NCBI GenBank assembly: GCA_037146775.1
Contig: JBAWWL010000009.1
Span: 4,575 to 68,574 of the forward strand
From: Candidatus Omnitrophota bacterium
GTDB lineage: Bacteria > Omnitrophota > Gorgyraeia > Duberdicusellales > 4484-171
Reading direction: 5' to 3'
DNA: 64,000 nt
The notes under the pieces were generated by a model. The model saw nothing but the letters and a program-made list of their open reading frames with translations, was not told the origin of the DNA and made no database searches. Below are positions 47,415 through 56,960 of this stretch, piece after piece (position 1 is the stretch's first letter; every line of letters starts with the position of its first letter). A program made the position numbers and the translations under genes.

Positions 47415-48599
47415 TTATTCCTCTTTTTTAATTTGTGCGCGATTTGCCTGTAACGCCGCGATTTTACCTTCCACTACTTTTTTAGCTTCTTCTATAATCT
47501 TGGCTGCTTTTTTATCGCCGATACCTTTGAGCTTAGAAAGTTCACTCGCGCTGGACTTGATAATCTTGTCTAAGCTGGCATAGCCGGCATCCACCAACAC
47601 GGCCGCTATTTTTTTGCCAATATTTTTTAGCTTGAGTATTTCATGTACGTCTTCTTCAATGGCTTCTTTCGAACGTACATCTATTTCCCAGCCAACAAGT
47701 TTCGAAGCAAGACGCACATTCTGCCCGTGCTTGCCGATTGCAAGCGACAACTGATCATTTGCCACCAGTACTTTTGCCCGCTTCGTCTCGCGATCCAACT
47801 CTATACGGGAAACTACCGCCGGCTGCAATGATGCTTTAATAAACTCTTTTATATCTTCGCTCCAACGCACGATATCGATTTTTTCTCCGCGTAACTCTTC
47901 TATAATATTCTTCACGCGTGAACCCCGTATCCCCACGCACGCACCCACACAATCAACTTTATCGTCTTTTGAGAATACGGCAACCTTGGTGCGCTCCCCG
48001 GCTTCGCGGGCGATAGAACGTATCTCCACCACGCCCTCAAAAATTTCCGGAACTTCTATTTCAAACAACTTCTTGACGAGCCCCTCATGCTTGCGGGAAA
48101 GAATAATCTGAGTACCCTTATCCTTCTTTACTTCATAAATCAGCGTTTTGGTCCTTTCTCCTAACCGGAATCTATCTAGCGGGGAAAGGAAAGAAAAAGG
48201 AATGATACCTTCGGTTTTCCCCATTAAATCAAGTATCACTGCTTTCTTCTCAATACGATACACTACCCCTCCGATAATATCGCCTTCTTTTTTCTTAAAT
48301 TCATTATAAATATTCTCTTTCTCTGCTTCTCGTATTTTCTGGATAATTACCTGGCGAGCAGTCTGCGCTGCGATTCGTCCAAATTCCTTGGAAACGACCT
48401 CTCTCGCGCCGATAAAAACGCTGATATCCCCCTGTTCCGGATCAATTTCAACCTTCACTTCTTCTTCGACTGACGTAATTTTAGCGATTTTTTTTGCTGC
48501 CACAATTAATGCATGCTTGACCGCTTCGATCAAAACACTCTTATCCAAGCCTTTTTCTCTCTCCAACTGTTCTAAAACGGTCAAAAATTCTTTATTCAT
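47415..48599 (-). CDS. nusA: Transcription termination/antitermination factor NusA.
   Basis: NusA N-terminal domain, S1 domain and two KH domains (GKHGQNVRLASKLVGWEIDV). Conserved rimP-nusA-infB order. Confidence 0.9.
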   Translation of the reverse strand: MNKEFLTVLEQLEREKGLDKSVLIEAVKHALIVAAKKIAKITSVEEEVKVEIDPEQGDISVFIGAREVVSKEFGRIAAQTARQVIIQKIREAEKENIYNEFKKKEGDIIGGVVYRIEKKAVILDLMGKTEGIIPFSFLSPLDRFRLGERTKTLIYEVKKDKGTQIILSRKHEGLVKKLFEIEVPEIFEGVVEIRSIAREAGERTKVAVFSKDDKVDCVGACVGIRGSRVKNIIEELRGEKIDIVRWSEDIKEFIKASLQPAVVSRIELDRETKRAKVLVANDQLSLAIGKHGQNVRLASKLVGWEIDVRSKEAIEEDVHEILKLKNIGKKIAAVLVDAGYASLDKIIKSSASELSKLKGIGDKKAAKIIEEAKKVVEGKIAALQANRAQIKKEE

Positions 48600-49057
48600 A
48601 ATTCTACCCTCTCTTTAGCTGTTTTGATTGTATTAATATCTATCCGGTAAAACTCCTCCATATTACGTAACGTCAACTCTTCTTTACTGACCGAACATAG
48701 CTCCCCCTCAACGTAAGACTTTCCCCCAACGGGCTCATGCAGCCATAAACAAATCGTCCTACCGATAACCCGTAAAAAATCTTTGTGCGTCCTCAGAGGC
48801 CTGTCTATTCCGGGAGAATTCACCTCAACGATAAAATCATCTCCCAAAATCTTGCTTTCATCAAGAAAAGAAAATATTTTTCTATTAAGCGCGGTACACT
48901 CTTGCACGGTAACTCCGCCCTGGCCATGGTCGACCAGACAACGCACCATGCATCTGCCTGTACACTTGTTTATTGTTAACTCAATAAGCTCAAGGCCGCA
49001 CGAAACAATAATCGGCTCAATTTTATCTTGCAGCTCTATAAAGTTACTATCGAGCAT
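48596..49057 (-). CDS. rimP: Ribosome maturation factor RimP.
   Basis: 153 aa, immediately upstream of nusA with a 4-nt overlap. RimP-like sequence (VEVNSPGIDRPL). Confidence 0.8.
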   Translation of the reverse strand: MLDSNFIELQDKIEPIIVSCGLELIELTINKCTGRCMVRCLVDHGQGGVTVQECTALNRKIFSFLDESKILGDDFIVEVNSPGIDRPLRTHKDFLRVIGRTICLWLHEPVGGKSYVEGELCSVSKEELTLRNMEEFYRIDINTIKTAKERVEL

Positions 49058-50276
49058 ATTCGTGTTTTAAAAAATTAAGAAATTCTTCTTTACTTAAATT
49101 CAATTTTTCTCTTGTCTTGCGTATTTCTACGTCTATTTTTTGCGATTGAAGATATTTCTTCCCCATAATTAGAATATAAGGATTACCGATAAGATAGGCG
49201 TCGTTAAACTTGACACCCGCAGCTTCATCGCGTTCATCCACTAGAACCGCAAAACCCTGTTTTTCCATAATCTCAGCAAAGCCCAAAGCATCCTGGGTTA
49301 ATGTGTTATCTAAGAGTACGATATTAACATCAAACGGACTGACATTTTTTGGCCAAATAATACCTTTCTCGTCATAACTCGTTTCTGCAATGGCGGGAAG
49401 AAGACGGCTCACGCCGATGCCGTAGCAACCCATAATAACCGGTTTTCGCTGGCCGGTTTTATCAAGGAACAACGCTTCTTGCGCTATAGAATACTTTGTT
49501 CCAAGCTGAAAAGTATGCCCCATCTCAATCATCCTTTTCTCCTGCAGAGAATCGCCACACTGCGGACATGTTTTTACATCTTTATGGTATGTGGCGCACC
49601 GGACACAATGATAAAGGGTATCTTCACCGATAGGACTATGCACCATGAATTCATGAGAGATGCTGCCGCCCATCGCTCCCGAATCAGCCTCAGTCATAAT
49701 AAACTGCAAACCACACTCTTTAAAAATATCCTGATAAGCAGTACGCATCTTTTCGTAATTTTCATGTAAGCCTTCTTCGGTTGTATCAAAGCTGTATGCG
49801 TCTTTCATAATGAATTCGCAGCTTCGCATCAAACCAAAACGAGGCCGGGCTTCATCACGAAATTTAGTCTGTATCTGATACAAAATGCAGGGAAGCTGTT
49901 TGTGAGAAAAAATGAACTTACGCACAATTTCCGTGATTTCCTCTTCATGCGTAGGCCCAAGGCAAAGCATTCTATCTTTTCTATCTTTAAATTTAAACAT
50001 TACTTCCTCTAAAACCTTATCCCGCCCGGTTTTTTCCCATATTTCAATCGGCTGTAAAGCGCTCATAAACAATTCCTGCGCTCCTTGAGCTTGCATGTGT
50101 TTCCTGATAATAGCGCTGATACGGGAAAGCACGCGCCATCCCAGAGGCAAATACGCGTAGATACCGGAAGAAACCATATACAGAAATGTACCTTTCAAAA
50201 GCAGCTTCTGGCTCGTACATTCAGCCACCTTAGGATCTTCCCGTAATGTGAAAATAAAACTTTTTGAGTATAACAT
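49047..50276 (-). CDS. proS: Prolyl-tRNA synthetase (a compact 409-aa form lacking the INS editing insertion).
   Basis: The class II aaRS motifs and ProRS N-terminus (SGIYAYLPLGWRVL) are present. A zinc-binding CxxC...CxxC motif lies near the anticodon-binding domain. Confidence 0.85.
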   Translation of the reverse strand: MLYSKSFIFTLREDPKVAECTSQKLLLKGTFLYMVSSGIYAYLPLGWRVLSRISAIIRKHMQAQGAQELFMSALQPIEIWEKTGRDKVLEEVMFKFKDRKDRMLCLGPTHEEEITEIVRKFIFSHKQLPCILYQIQTKFRDEARPRFGLMRSCEFIMKDAYSFDTTEEGLHENYEKMRTAYQDIFKECGLQFIMTEADSGAMGGSISHEFMVHSPIGEDTLYHCVRCATYHKDVKTCPQCGDSLQEKRMIEMGHTFQLGTKYSIAQEALFLDKTGQRKPVIMGCYGIGVSRLLPAIAETSYDEKGIIWPKNVSPFDVNIVLLDNTLTQDALGFAEIMEKQGFAVLVDERDEAAGVKFNDAYLIGNPYILIMGKKYLQSQKIDVEIRKTREKLNLSKEEFLNFLKHEYAR

Positions 50277-50289
50277 ATCTTCTAAAAAC

Positions 50290-50400
50290 TCTAAGCACTA
50301 AACTCTAAACCCTAAATAAATCTAAAACTCAAAACCTAAAGATGTTTTGGGTTTAGAGAATTTTGATTTTGAGTTTGTTTAGAGTTTAGGATTTCGGATT
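50290..50400. repeat. About 110 bp of imperfect palindrome built from ctaaa/tttag units, in the spacer between the ATPase gene and proS.
   Basis: Left arm actaaactctaaaccctaaataaatctaaaactcaaaacctaaag. The right arm reverse complement is cctaaactctaaacaaactcaaaatcaaaattctctaaacccaaaac. The 14-nt core ctaaactctaaac / gtttagagtttag matches exactly. Confidence 0.6.
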
Positions 50401-50421
50401 TATGGTTTATCATAATAAATA

Positions 50422-51672
50422 CTATTTCTCCTTAAATATATCTTCGCTCAACGCTACACCTTTTTTCTTAAATGTCGGGAAGAAATTGGGTATATTCTTT
50501 GCCCTGAAAGTCCCTTGTACCTTACCTTCCTCATCCATTCTATCGATTTCATACCGGAAAATATCGCGCAGGATAATTTCTTCGCCCGTCATGCGGTCTT
50601 CGACTTCCGTAAGATAGGTAATTTTTCGCGAACCATCGGTAAGCTGGTCATGCTGAACAATTAAGTCAACACCGGAAGCTATCTGTTTACGGATTGCCCA
50701 CACCGGCATATAAAGGCCTGCGTAAAGAGCGGTTGTCTCAAGACGGGTAAGCGCATCAAAAGGAGTCGCGGCATGTATAACCGCAAGGCAGCCTCGATGG
50801 CCGCTGTTTAATGCCTGCAGGTAATCCATTGATTCGGCGCCGCGTATTTCACCTAAAATAATCCTGGTAGGACGCATACGCAACGTATTAATGAATAAAT
50901 CACGTATTGAGATCTCCCCCTTACCTTCAATATTGGGCGGTCTGGTCAAGATTCTCACTACATGCTCCTGGCGCAGGGTAAGCTCCAACGTGTCTTCGAT
51001 AACGATGATTCTCTCCTGAGGGTTAATGTAAGAAGAAAGCACTTCCAGGGTGGTTGTTTTTCCGCTTCCGGTAGCTCCTGAAAAAAGAATATTCACTTTT
51101 GCTTTAATGCAGGCTACCAAAAACTTTGCTATTCGCGCATCTATAGTGCCTAAATCAGCTAAATCTTCTATCTGGTTAATGCTGCGTAGAAATTTTCGTA
51201 TGGTAACCGTAGCGCCTCCGACTGACAAAGGAGGAATAATAACGTTAACCCGTGAGCCATCGGTGAGTGAAAAATCGACATAAGGATAAGATTCATCGAC
51301 GCGCCTGCCGGCAGGCATAAGCATTTTTTCTACCATGTGCCGCAGGTGCCCTTCATCATCGAAATGTATGTCGGTAATAATTTTTTTTCCATCTCGCTCG
51401 ATATACACTTTATGGGGACCATTTATCATTATCTCGGTAACATAAGGATCTTCCATGAGGGGCTGTAAAGGCCCCCATCCCATAAATTCGTCGCACAATT
51501 CTTTGATAACTTGTTCCTGAGATGTTTTATCTATAGCGCGGCCTTTTTCTTTTTCCCAATAATCAAAAATCTTAGTGACGCGCTCACGGACAAACCCCGG
51601 GGACAATTTCTCGTCTCCGCCCAAGAAGCTTAGCTCTTTCCGCAAATCTCTTTTAATCACTTTTATATCCAT
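50422..51672 (-). CDS. CpaF/TadA/VirB11-family secretion ATPase, an orphan within a housekeeping operon.
   Basis: Walker A LFSGATGSGKTTTLEVL, Walker B IIVIEDTLEL, His box ALNSGHRGCLAVIHA. Length is 416 aa. Confidence 0.85.
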   Translation of the reverse strand: MDIKVIKRDLRKELSFLGGDEKLSPGFVRERVTKIFDYWEKEKGRAIDKTSQEQVIKELCDEFMGWGPLQPLMEDPYVTEIMINGPHKVYIERDGKKIITDIHFDDEGHLRHMVEKMLMPAGRRVDESYPYVDFSLTDGSRVNVIIPPLSVGGATVTIRKFLRSINQIEDLADLGTIDARIAKFLVACIKAKVNILFSGATGSGKTTTLEVLSSYINPQERIIVIEDTLELTLRQEHVVRILTRPPNIEGKGEISIRDLFINTLRMRPTRIILGEIRGAESMDYLQALNSGHRGCLAVIHAATPFDALTRLETTALYAGLYMPVWAIRKQIASGVDLIVQHDQLTDGSRKITYLTEVEDRMTGEEIILRDIFRYEIDRMDEEGKVQGTFRAKNIPNFFPTFKKKGVALSEDIFKEK

Positions 51673-52712
51673 AACTTCCTCGCTTCTTTACATAAATCGT
51701 TCAATATATTTTTTTCATCACTCCTTCCTATAATCTTATCTTTTCGGAAAATAACCGCCTTGCGTTGGCCAAACGCTGCTCCGATATCAGCTTGACGCGC
51801 CTCACCGGGGCCATTCACCACGCAACCCATAAGCGCAACACGTATCGGTTTGGCATCAGAAACCTTATCCAGCTTCTCCTGAAGTTTCTCAACCATCTGG
51901 ATAAGATTAACCTCACAACGCGAACAAGTCGGACAAGATATGATCTGCGGGCCAAATGCCCGAAGGTTTAACGCCTGCAAAATATATTTGGCTACTTGTA
52001 TCTCTGTAAACGAAGGTGCAGTAAGCGAGACTCTGATCACGCTGCCTATTCCCTGAGAAAGCAGCTGGCCCAAGCCGATAGACGACTTGACGACACCGGA
52101 CAAAAACGAACCGGTCGCGGTAACTCCTAGATGCAAAGGGTAATCAAAATCTTTCGCAAAGAGTTCATTTGCCATAATCGTAGAAAGTGGATCTGAGCCT
52201 TTTAAGGAAACCATGATATCGAAAAAACGTTCCCGCTCCAGTATCCGAATATAATTAGCTACCACCTTAACCATCTGTTTGGCAAGCGCCTGCGATGAAG
52301 CAAAATCCTTCTTAAATCCGCCGGAATTAATACCAATACGTATTGCAATATTGGCCTTTTTAGCTTCTCGGGCTACTTCTTTGACTTCACTTTCTTTCTC
52401 AATATTTAAAGGATTTAGCCGTATCGCATCAAAACCATTTTCGATTGCCGCCAAGGCAAAACGGTATTGGAAATGTATATCGGCAACCAAAGGAACGTTG
52501 ATATGTTTTTTTAAAATGCGCGCAAGAGCAGCATCTTTTTCTTCTTTAATGGCAAGGCGTATCGCCTCCGCCCCCTCTTTCTCAAGCTGCCTCGCCTCAG
52601 CCAAAACAGCATCTCTGTTTGAGAAAGGACTTTTTATCATCCCCTTAATCCGCACCGGATGCTTACCGCCGATAGATAGATTGCCGATTTTCACTACTCT
52701 TGTCATCTTCAT
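51663..52712 (-). CDS. ispG: 4-hydroxy-3-methylbut-2-enyl diphosphate synthase IspG (GcpE).
   Basis: 349 aa. TIM-barrel N-domain and C-terminal CPTCSRC...GCVVNGPGE Fe-S motif. Confidence 0.9.
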   Translation of the reverse strand: MKMTRVVKIGNLSIGGKHPVRIKGMIKSPFSNRDAVLAEARQLEKEGAEAIRLAIKEEKDAALARILKKHINVPLVADIHFQYRFALAAIENGFDAIRLNPLNIEKESEVKEVAREAKKANIAIRIGINSGGFKKDFASSQALAKQMVKVVANYIRILERERFFDIMVSLKGSDPLSTIMANELFAKDFDYPLHLGVTATGSFLSGVVKSSIGLGQLLSQGIGSVIRVSLTAPSFTEIQVAKYILQALNLRAFGPQIISCPTCSRCEVNLIQMVEKLQEKLDKVSDAKPIRVALMGCVVNGPGEARQADIGAAFGQRKAVIFRKDKIIGRSDEKNILNDLCKEARKLWI

Positions 52713-52745
52713 TTGATCTTTCTAAAAGTAAAAAATATTACCGTA

Positions 52746-53810
52746 TCACTTGCCCCATATTCTTGAACCAAATTTCAAAATATCGTTGTAGAAAACAAAA
52801 AGAACTATTAAGCCGATAATAGCAAACCCTACCCGAGTAAGCACCGCATCGACCTTCTCGCTTAACTGTTTATTCCTGATTTTTTCTATAAGAAAAATTA
52901 AAATATGGCCTCCGTCAAAAAGTGGCAACGGTATAAGGTTAACTACAGTTAAGCTTACATTGAGAATAGCCATAAGATGAAAAACGGCTACAATACCAAG
53001 TTTGATCGTCTCGGCAGTAATATAGTATATTCCTAAAGGCCCTGTAATCGCTTCTTTCGCCGGCACGATTCCCAAAATAAGCAGCAGAAATCCTTTTATG
53101 GTAAGAAACGTAAGGTTAAAAAGTGACTCTCCCGCCTTAAGAAACCCTTGCCAAAATCCATACTTAATTATTTTTATCTTCGGTGACGCCTCGATACCAA
53201 TCACCGACATATTACGCCGCCGGCCGAATTCATCCCCTATTTCACTTTTTGTCAAAGGAACATCTACTGCAAACACATCGTTCCCCCGCTGGATACGAAG
53301 CGAAGCTTTTTCCTTGTTCGCACGTATAAGACTCGTCATATCCGTCCAATTATCAACTGCCTTGCCGTTGACCGCCAAAATTCTGTCACCGTCTTTCAGG
53401 CCTGCCTGCATTGCAGGATATCCTTCTTTCACCTTTCCAATCACACTATCAAGATAAGGAAACCCCAATAACGCAATAAGCCAAAAAAGAATAAACGCAA
53501 AAAAATAATTGAAAAGCGGGCCGGCCAACACTATTTCTATTTTTGCTTTGATCGGCTTCGTAAAGAACTCGTAATCAAAACCGTGAGAATCATTTCGTGA
53601 TTCTCCGGCCAATTTCACATAGCCACCCAAAGGACAAAGACAGATAAGAAAATCGGTCTCTTTACCTTTTATCTTAAACAACGCTGGCCCAAAACCAAGC
53701 GCAAAACGTTCAACTCTTACTCCATTGCGCCGGGCTGCCAAAAAATGGCCAAATTCGTGGGCAATAATTAAAACACTTAAGATTGCAATAAAAATCAGAA
53801 AGTTTAGCAT
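52746..53810 (-). CDS. rseP: RIP zinc metalloprotease RseP (site-2 protease).
   Basis: IAHEFGHFLAARR HExxH motif in TM1, PDZ domain, C-terminal LDGG motif. The track ORF runs to 53861, but the start is probably MLNFLIFIAIL (53810). Confidence 0.85.
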   Translation of the reverse strand: MLNFLIFIAILSVLIIAHEFGHFLAARRNGVRVERFALGFGPALFKIKGKETDFLICLCPLGGYVKLAGESRNDSHGFDYEFFTKPIKAKIEIVLAGPLFNYFFAFILFWLIALLGFPYLDSVIGKVKEGYPAMQAGLKDGDRILAVNGKAVDNWTDMTSLIRANKEKASLRIQRGNDVFAVDVPLTKSEIGDEFGRRRNMSVIGIEASPKIKIIKYGFWQGFLKAGESLFNLTFLTIKGFLLLILGIVPAKEAITGPLGIYYITAETIKLGIVAVFHLMAILNVSLTVVNLIPLPLFDGGHILIFLIEKIRNKQLSEKVDAVLTRVGFAIIGLIVLFVFYNDILKFGSRIWGK

Positions 53811-54946
53811 AGTTTTTCTAAATACTCCTTTGTGCGCTGACGCGCCCAGGTATCCCACCAAAATACATCTTCGATACGTTCAACGGTTTTTTTAGGATAA
53901 TGCTGAAAGATATATTCCATCACCTTATAGATATCGGTAAACTTTATTTTCTTTTGTAAAAAATACGATATCGCCACCTCATCGCAGGCATTGAGTACTA
54001 TTAACGCATTATCTTTACGCCTGGCCGCCTCAAGAATAATCTTTAAAAGCGGGAAATCGTTATAGCGTAGCGGTGCAAATGAAAGCGAAAAATTTTTTAC
54101 CTGGCCCCTGTCGGTAGCTATTGGCCAGCGTGTAGGATAATTAAGCGCAAAAGCGATAGGAATGCGCATGTCCGGCGGATAAAGGCAAGCAAAAAGCATT
54201 CCGTCATGACATTCCACCAATGCGTGGATGGTTGACTCTCGATGCAGCATAATACCGATTCTTTCATAAGGAAGATTAAAGAAATAGTGGGTTTCTATCA
54301 CTTCAAACCCCTTGTTCACCAGCGTCGCGCTATCGACGGTAATACGCTGGCCCATCTTCCAGGTAGGATGAGACAAAACCGTTTTAACATTCACCTTATG
54401 CAAATCTTTCTTCTTATAATTGAAAAGCGCCCCGCCGGAAGCAGTGAGATATACTTTTCCAAAATCATGCCGAGGGCCACAAAGTTGGAAAAGCGCATTG
54501 ATTTCGCTATCAACCGGAATAATTTCCGTGTTGTTTCGTTTAGCCTGAGCGAATATGAAATTACCGGCAGTTACCACCGACTCTTTATTCGCCAGCGCAA
54601 TGCGTTTTGTATGTTTCATATTAATGAGAAGGGGCTTCAGACATGAAATACCCGCTATCGCCATCAAAGAAATATCACTCGAAACCGAAGAAAACTCTTC
54701 TAAACCTGTTTTCCCTGCAAATAAAGTAATCGTACCATTTAAGCTGCCACGCAGCTTTTCTGCCTCTTTCTCATCAACCACACAAACATGCGAAGGAGAA
54801 AATGCCTTAATCTGCGCCCGCAATGATTGCGTATCTCGATGAACACAGAGGCCTTTCACCTTGAAACCATTAGGATTTTGTGCTATCACATCAAGCGCAT
54901 TTTTTCCTACCGAACCGGTTGAACCGAAAATAACGATTTCTTTCAT
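53804..54946 (-). CDS. dxr: 1-deoxy-D-xylulose 5-phosphate reductoisomerase.
   Basis: MKEIVIFGSTGSVGKNALDV is a classic Dxr NADPH-binding N-terminus. The track ORF starts 10 codons upstream at 54976. Confidence 0.9.
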   Translation of the reverse strand: MKEIVIFGSTGSVGKNALDVIAQNPNGFKVKGLCVHRDTQSLRAQIKAFSPSHVCVVDEKEAEKLRGSLNGTITLFAGKTGLEEFSSVSSDISLMAIAGISCLKPLLINMKHTKRIALANKESVVTAGNFIFAQAKRNNTEIIPVDSEINALFQLCGPRHDFGKVYLTASGGALFNYKKKDLHKVNVKTVLSHPTWKMGQRITVDSATLVNKGFEVIETHYFFNLPYERIGIMLHRESTIHALVECHDGMLFACLYPPDMRIPIAFALNYPTRWPIATDRGQVKNFSLSFAPLRYNDFPLLKIILEAARRKDNALIVLNACDEVAISYFLQKKIKFTDIYKVMEYIFQHYPKKTVERIEDVFWWDTWARQRTKEYLEKLC

Positions 54947-54972
54947 CTGTCTTGTGCTACTTCCATGCGTTG

Positions 54973-55830
54973 TCACGGTATGGGCAAATCTAAGCTGCCC
55001 CGCATCATAGTGACATATAAATAAAAAGTGGGTGCGGTAAAAATTATACTATCGACAACATCAAGCACGCCACCCATACCCGGGAAAATTTTTCCTGAAT
55101 CTTTTACCTGACAATCACGCTTAATCAACGATTCAAAAAGATCGCCCAGCTGCGAGATAATAGCCAAAATAATGATTAAAAAGAATTTTTCCCAAAAACT
55201 TAATGTCGTAACAAAAAGAGAGAAAATAAGCCCGACAAATAGGCTTGTGAAGAATCCCCCCACCGCCCCCTCCAAGGATTTCTTTGGACTCACACGTTCC
55301 AAGAGCGGAGTTTTACCATAGGCTTTTCCCCACAGATATGCTCCGATATCACACGATTTTGTCACCACAACTAAAAATGCAACCAGTAGCGCGCCTTCCG
55401 GAAGCTGTCTTATCCTAATCAAAAAACTAAGACACCAGGAAATATAAATAATACCGAATACGGTCGCAGAAAGAGAAAGGATCGCCTGGTGGGTTTCTTT
55501 ACGGGTCAACTCAAGCAAAAATAGCATAAAAAGGCCAATCACGGCAAATAAAAATTGCCCGCCCTCTTTTACGGAAAAATGAAAATAAATCGTTATCGGT
55601 ATAAACAGGCCAACGGCAATACCGAAAAATTTAAATAAGCGCACCCCTTTTTTCTCTACCATGTAGAAAAATTCATACAATCCTATTACAATAAGTGCAG
55701 TAGTGACTATACCGCACACGGGGTAATATGTCGAAGCGATCACGACAACACACCCCAACAGAAGCGACGATAGTATCCTCTTACCCATAAATTTGGCCAA
55801 ACCTTCTTTCTCTGTCTGAGTATACTTCAA
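54973..55830 (-). CDS. cdsA: Phosphatidate cytidylyltransferase CdsA.
   Basis: Polytopic membrane protein with the CdsA C-terminal signature (KRDCQVKDSGKIFPGMGGVLDVVDS). The true start may be the internal MGKRIL (~55788), which would remove the 50-nt overlap with uppS. Confidence 0.8.
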   Translation of the reverse strand: MKYTQTEKEGLAKFMGKRILSSLLLGCVVVIASTYYPVCGIVTTALIVIGLYEFFYMVEKKGVRLFKFFGIAVGLFIPITIYFHFSVKEGGQFLFAVIGLFMLFLLELTRKETHQAILSLSATVFGIIYISWCLSFLIRIRQLPEGALLVAFLVVVTKSCDIGAYLWGKAYGKTPLLERVSPKKSLEGAVGGFFTSLFVGLIFSLFVTTLSFWEKFFLIIILAIISQLGDLFESLIKRDCQVKDSGKIFPGMGGVLDVVDSIIFTAPTFYLYVTMMRGSLDLPIP

Positions 55831-56485
55831 CGGCTTTTTTCAGCTCTTCCTTGTTGAAATCAGGCCAATACACTTGAGTAAAATACAACTCAGCATACGC
55901 AAGATTCCAGAGTAAAAAATTACTGATGCGTTCTTCACCGGAAGTACGTATGAGCAAATCGGGATCCGGAAGACCATTGATGGCAAGATAATTCTTAAAA
56001 ATATCTTCGTTAATAGCTTCAACAGAGATCTTGCCGGATTGACAGTCACCAAGCAGCTTTTGCGCCGCCTGTAGGATATCCCACCGGCCGCCATAATCCA
56101 AGGCAATATTAAAAACGAAGGCGCCGTTAGAACAAGTAACAGCTTCTAATTCCTGCATCTTTGCAATAATCGACGTCTTAATCCTATCGCGGCGGCCAAT
56201 AAAATTTACTTTTATTTCTTCGCGCATCAACTCGTCACGATAATTTTTTATAAAATCCTCCAAATATTTAAAAAGAAAATCAATTTCTTTTTTTGGCCTA
56301 TCCCAATTTTCCGTAGAAAATGCAAAAATCGTCAGCACCTTGATACCTAATGCCTTTGACTCCCTGACGATCTCCTTGATTCTTTTCGCTCCTTCATGAT
56401 GCCCGGCAATGCGAGGCAACCCTCTTCTTTCTGCCCACCTTCCATTACCATCCATAATGACAGCGACATGACACGGAATTTTCAT
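55781..56485 (-). CDS. uppS: Undecaprenyl (isoprenyl) diphosphate synthase UppS.
   Basis: HVAVIMDGNGRWA ... FSTENWDRP ... ERRFG cis-prenyltransferase motifs. Confidence 0.9.
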   Translation of the reverse strand: MKIPCHVAVIMDGNGRWAERRGLPRIAGHHEGAKRIKEIVRESKALGIKVLTIFAFSTENWDRPKKEIDFLFKYLEDFIKNYRDELMREEIKVNFIGRRDRIKTSIIAKMQELEAVTCSNGAFVFNIALDYGGRWDILQAAQKLLGDCQSGKISVEAINEDIFKNYLAINGLPDPDLLIRTSGEERISNFLLWNLAYAELYFTQVYWPDFNKEELKKAVEVYSDRERRFGQIYG

Positions 56486-56550
56486 ATTTTTTTAGCAAAT
56501 ATCTTTTTTACGCATTTTTAGTATACTTATAATACTTTTTTATCGTCTCT

Positions 56551-56582
56551 ACCAAAAATGAAGGGGGCATTCTGCCCCCTTC
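56551..56582 (-). terminator. Rho-independent terminator after the OmpA / coiled-coil operon.
   Basis: GC-rich hairpin gaagggggcattctgcccccttc (56560-56582). On the minus strand it is followed by a TTTTT run (complement of 56554-56558). Confidence 0.6.
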
Positions 56583-56615
56583 GTAAAAAACTTGGCTATT
56601 GGCTGCGTAAGCCTA

Positions 56616-56960
56616 CTACTTTTTTTCCTTCACATCTTCCTTTACTTTCATTAGTTCGTCTTTAAGGTTGTCTTCCAGTTTATCTTTCAGCTTTTCCAAC
56701 CTTGCTATTTCTATCTTGAGTTCGTCCATTTTTACCTTAGTGCTGCCAAGCTCGTCAGACACACCCTTATTTTTCTCGAGCAAAGAAACATTTTCTGCCT
56801 TCAATTCTTCTACTTTCTTCTCTAAAACCATATTCTTTTTAGCCAAATCATCACGATGCCCCGACAACGAATTAATTTGCACTAAAAAAGACACCGCGGC
56901 GATAACCAATACCATAATGAGACCGACAAGCAAACTTAAGATTAACGGCTTATCTTTCAT
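56616..56960 (-). CDS. Membrane-anchored coiled-coil protein (114 aa).
   Basis: N-terminal TM helix LILSLLVGLIMVLVIAAVSFL, then heptad-rich KEDLK coiled coil. It overlaps the start of the upstream OmpA-like gene by 4 nt. Confidence 0.6.
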   Translation of the reverse strand: MKDKPLILSLLVGLIMVLVIAAVSFLVQINSLSGHRDDLAKKNMVLEKKVEELKAENVSLLEKNKGVSDELGSTKVKMDELKIEIARLEKLKDKLEDNLKDELMKVKEDVKEKK

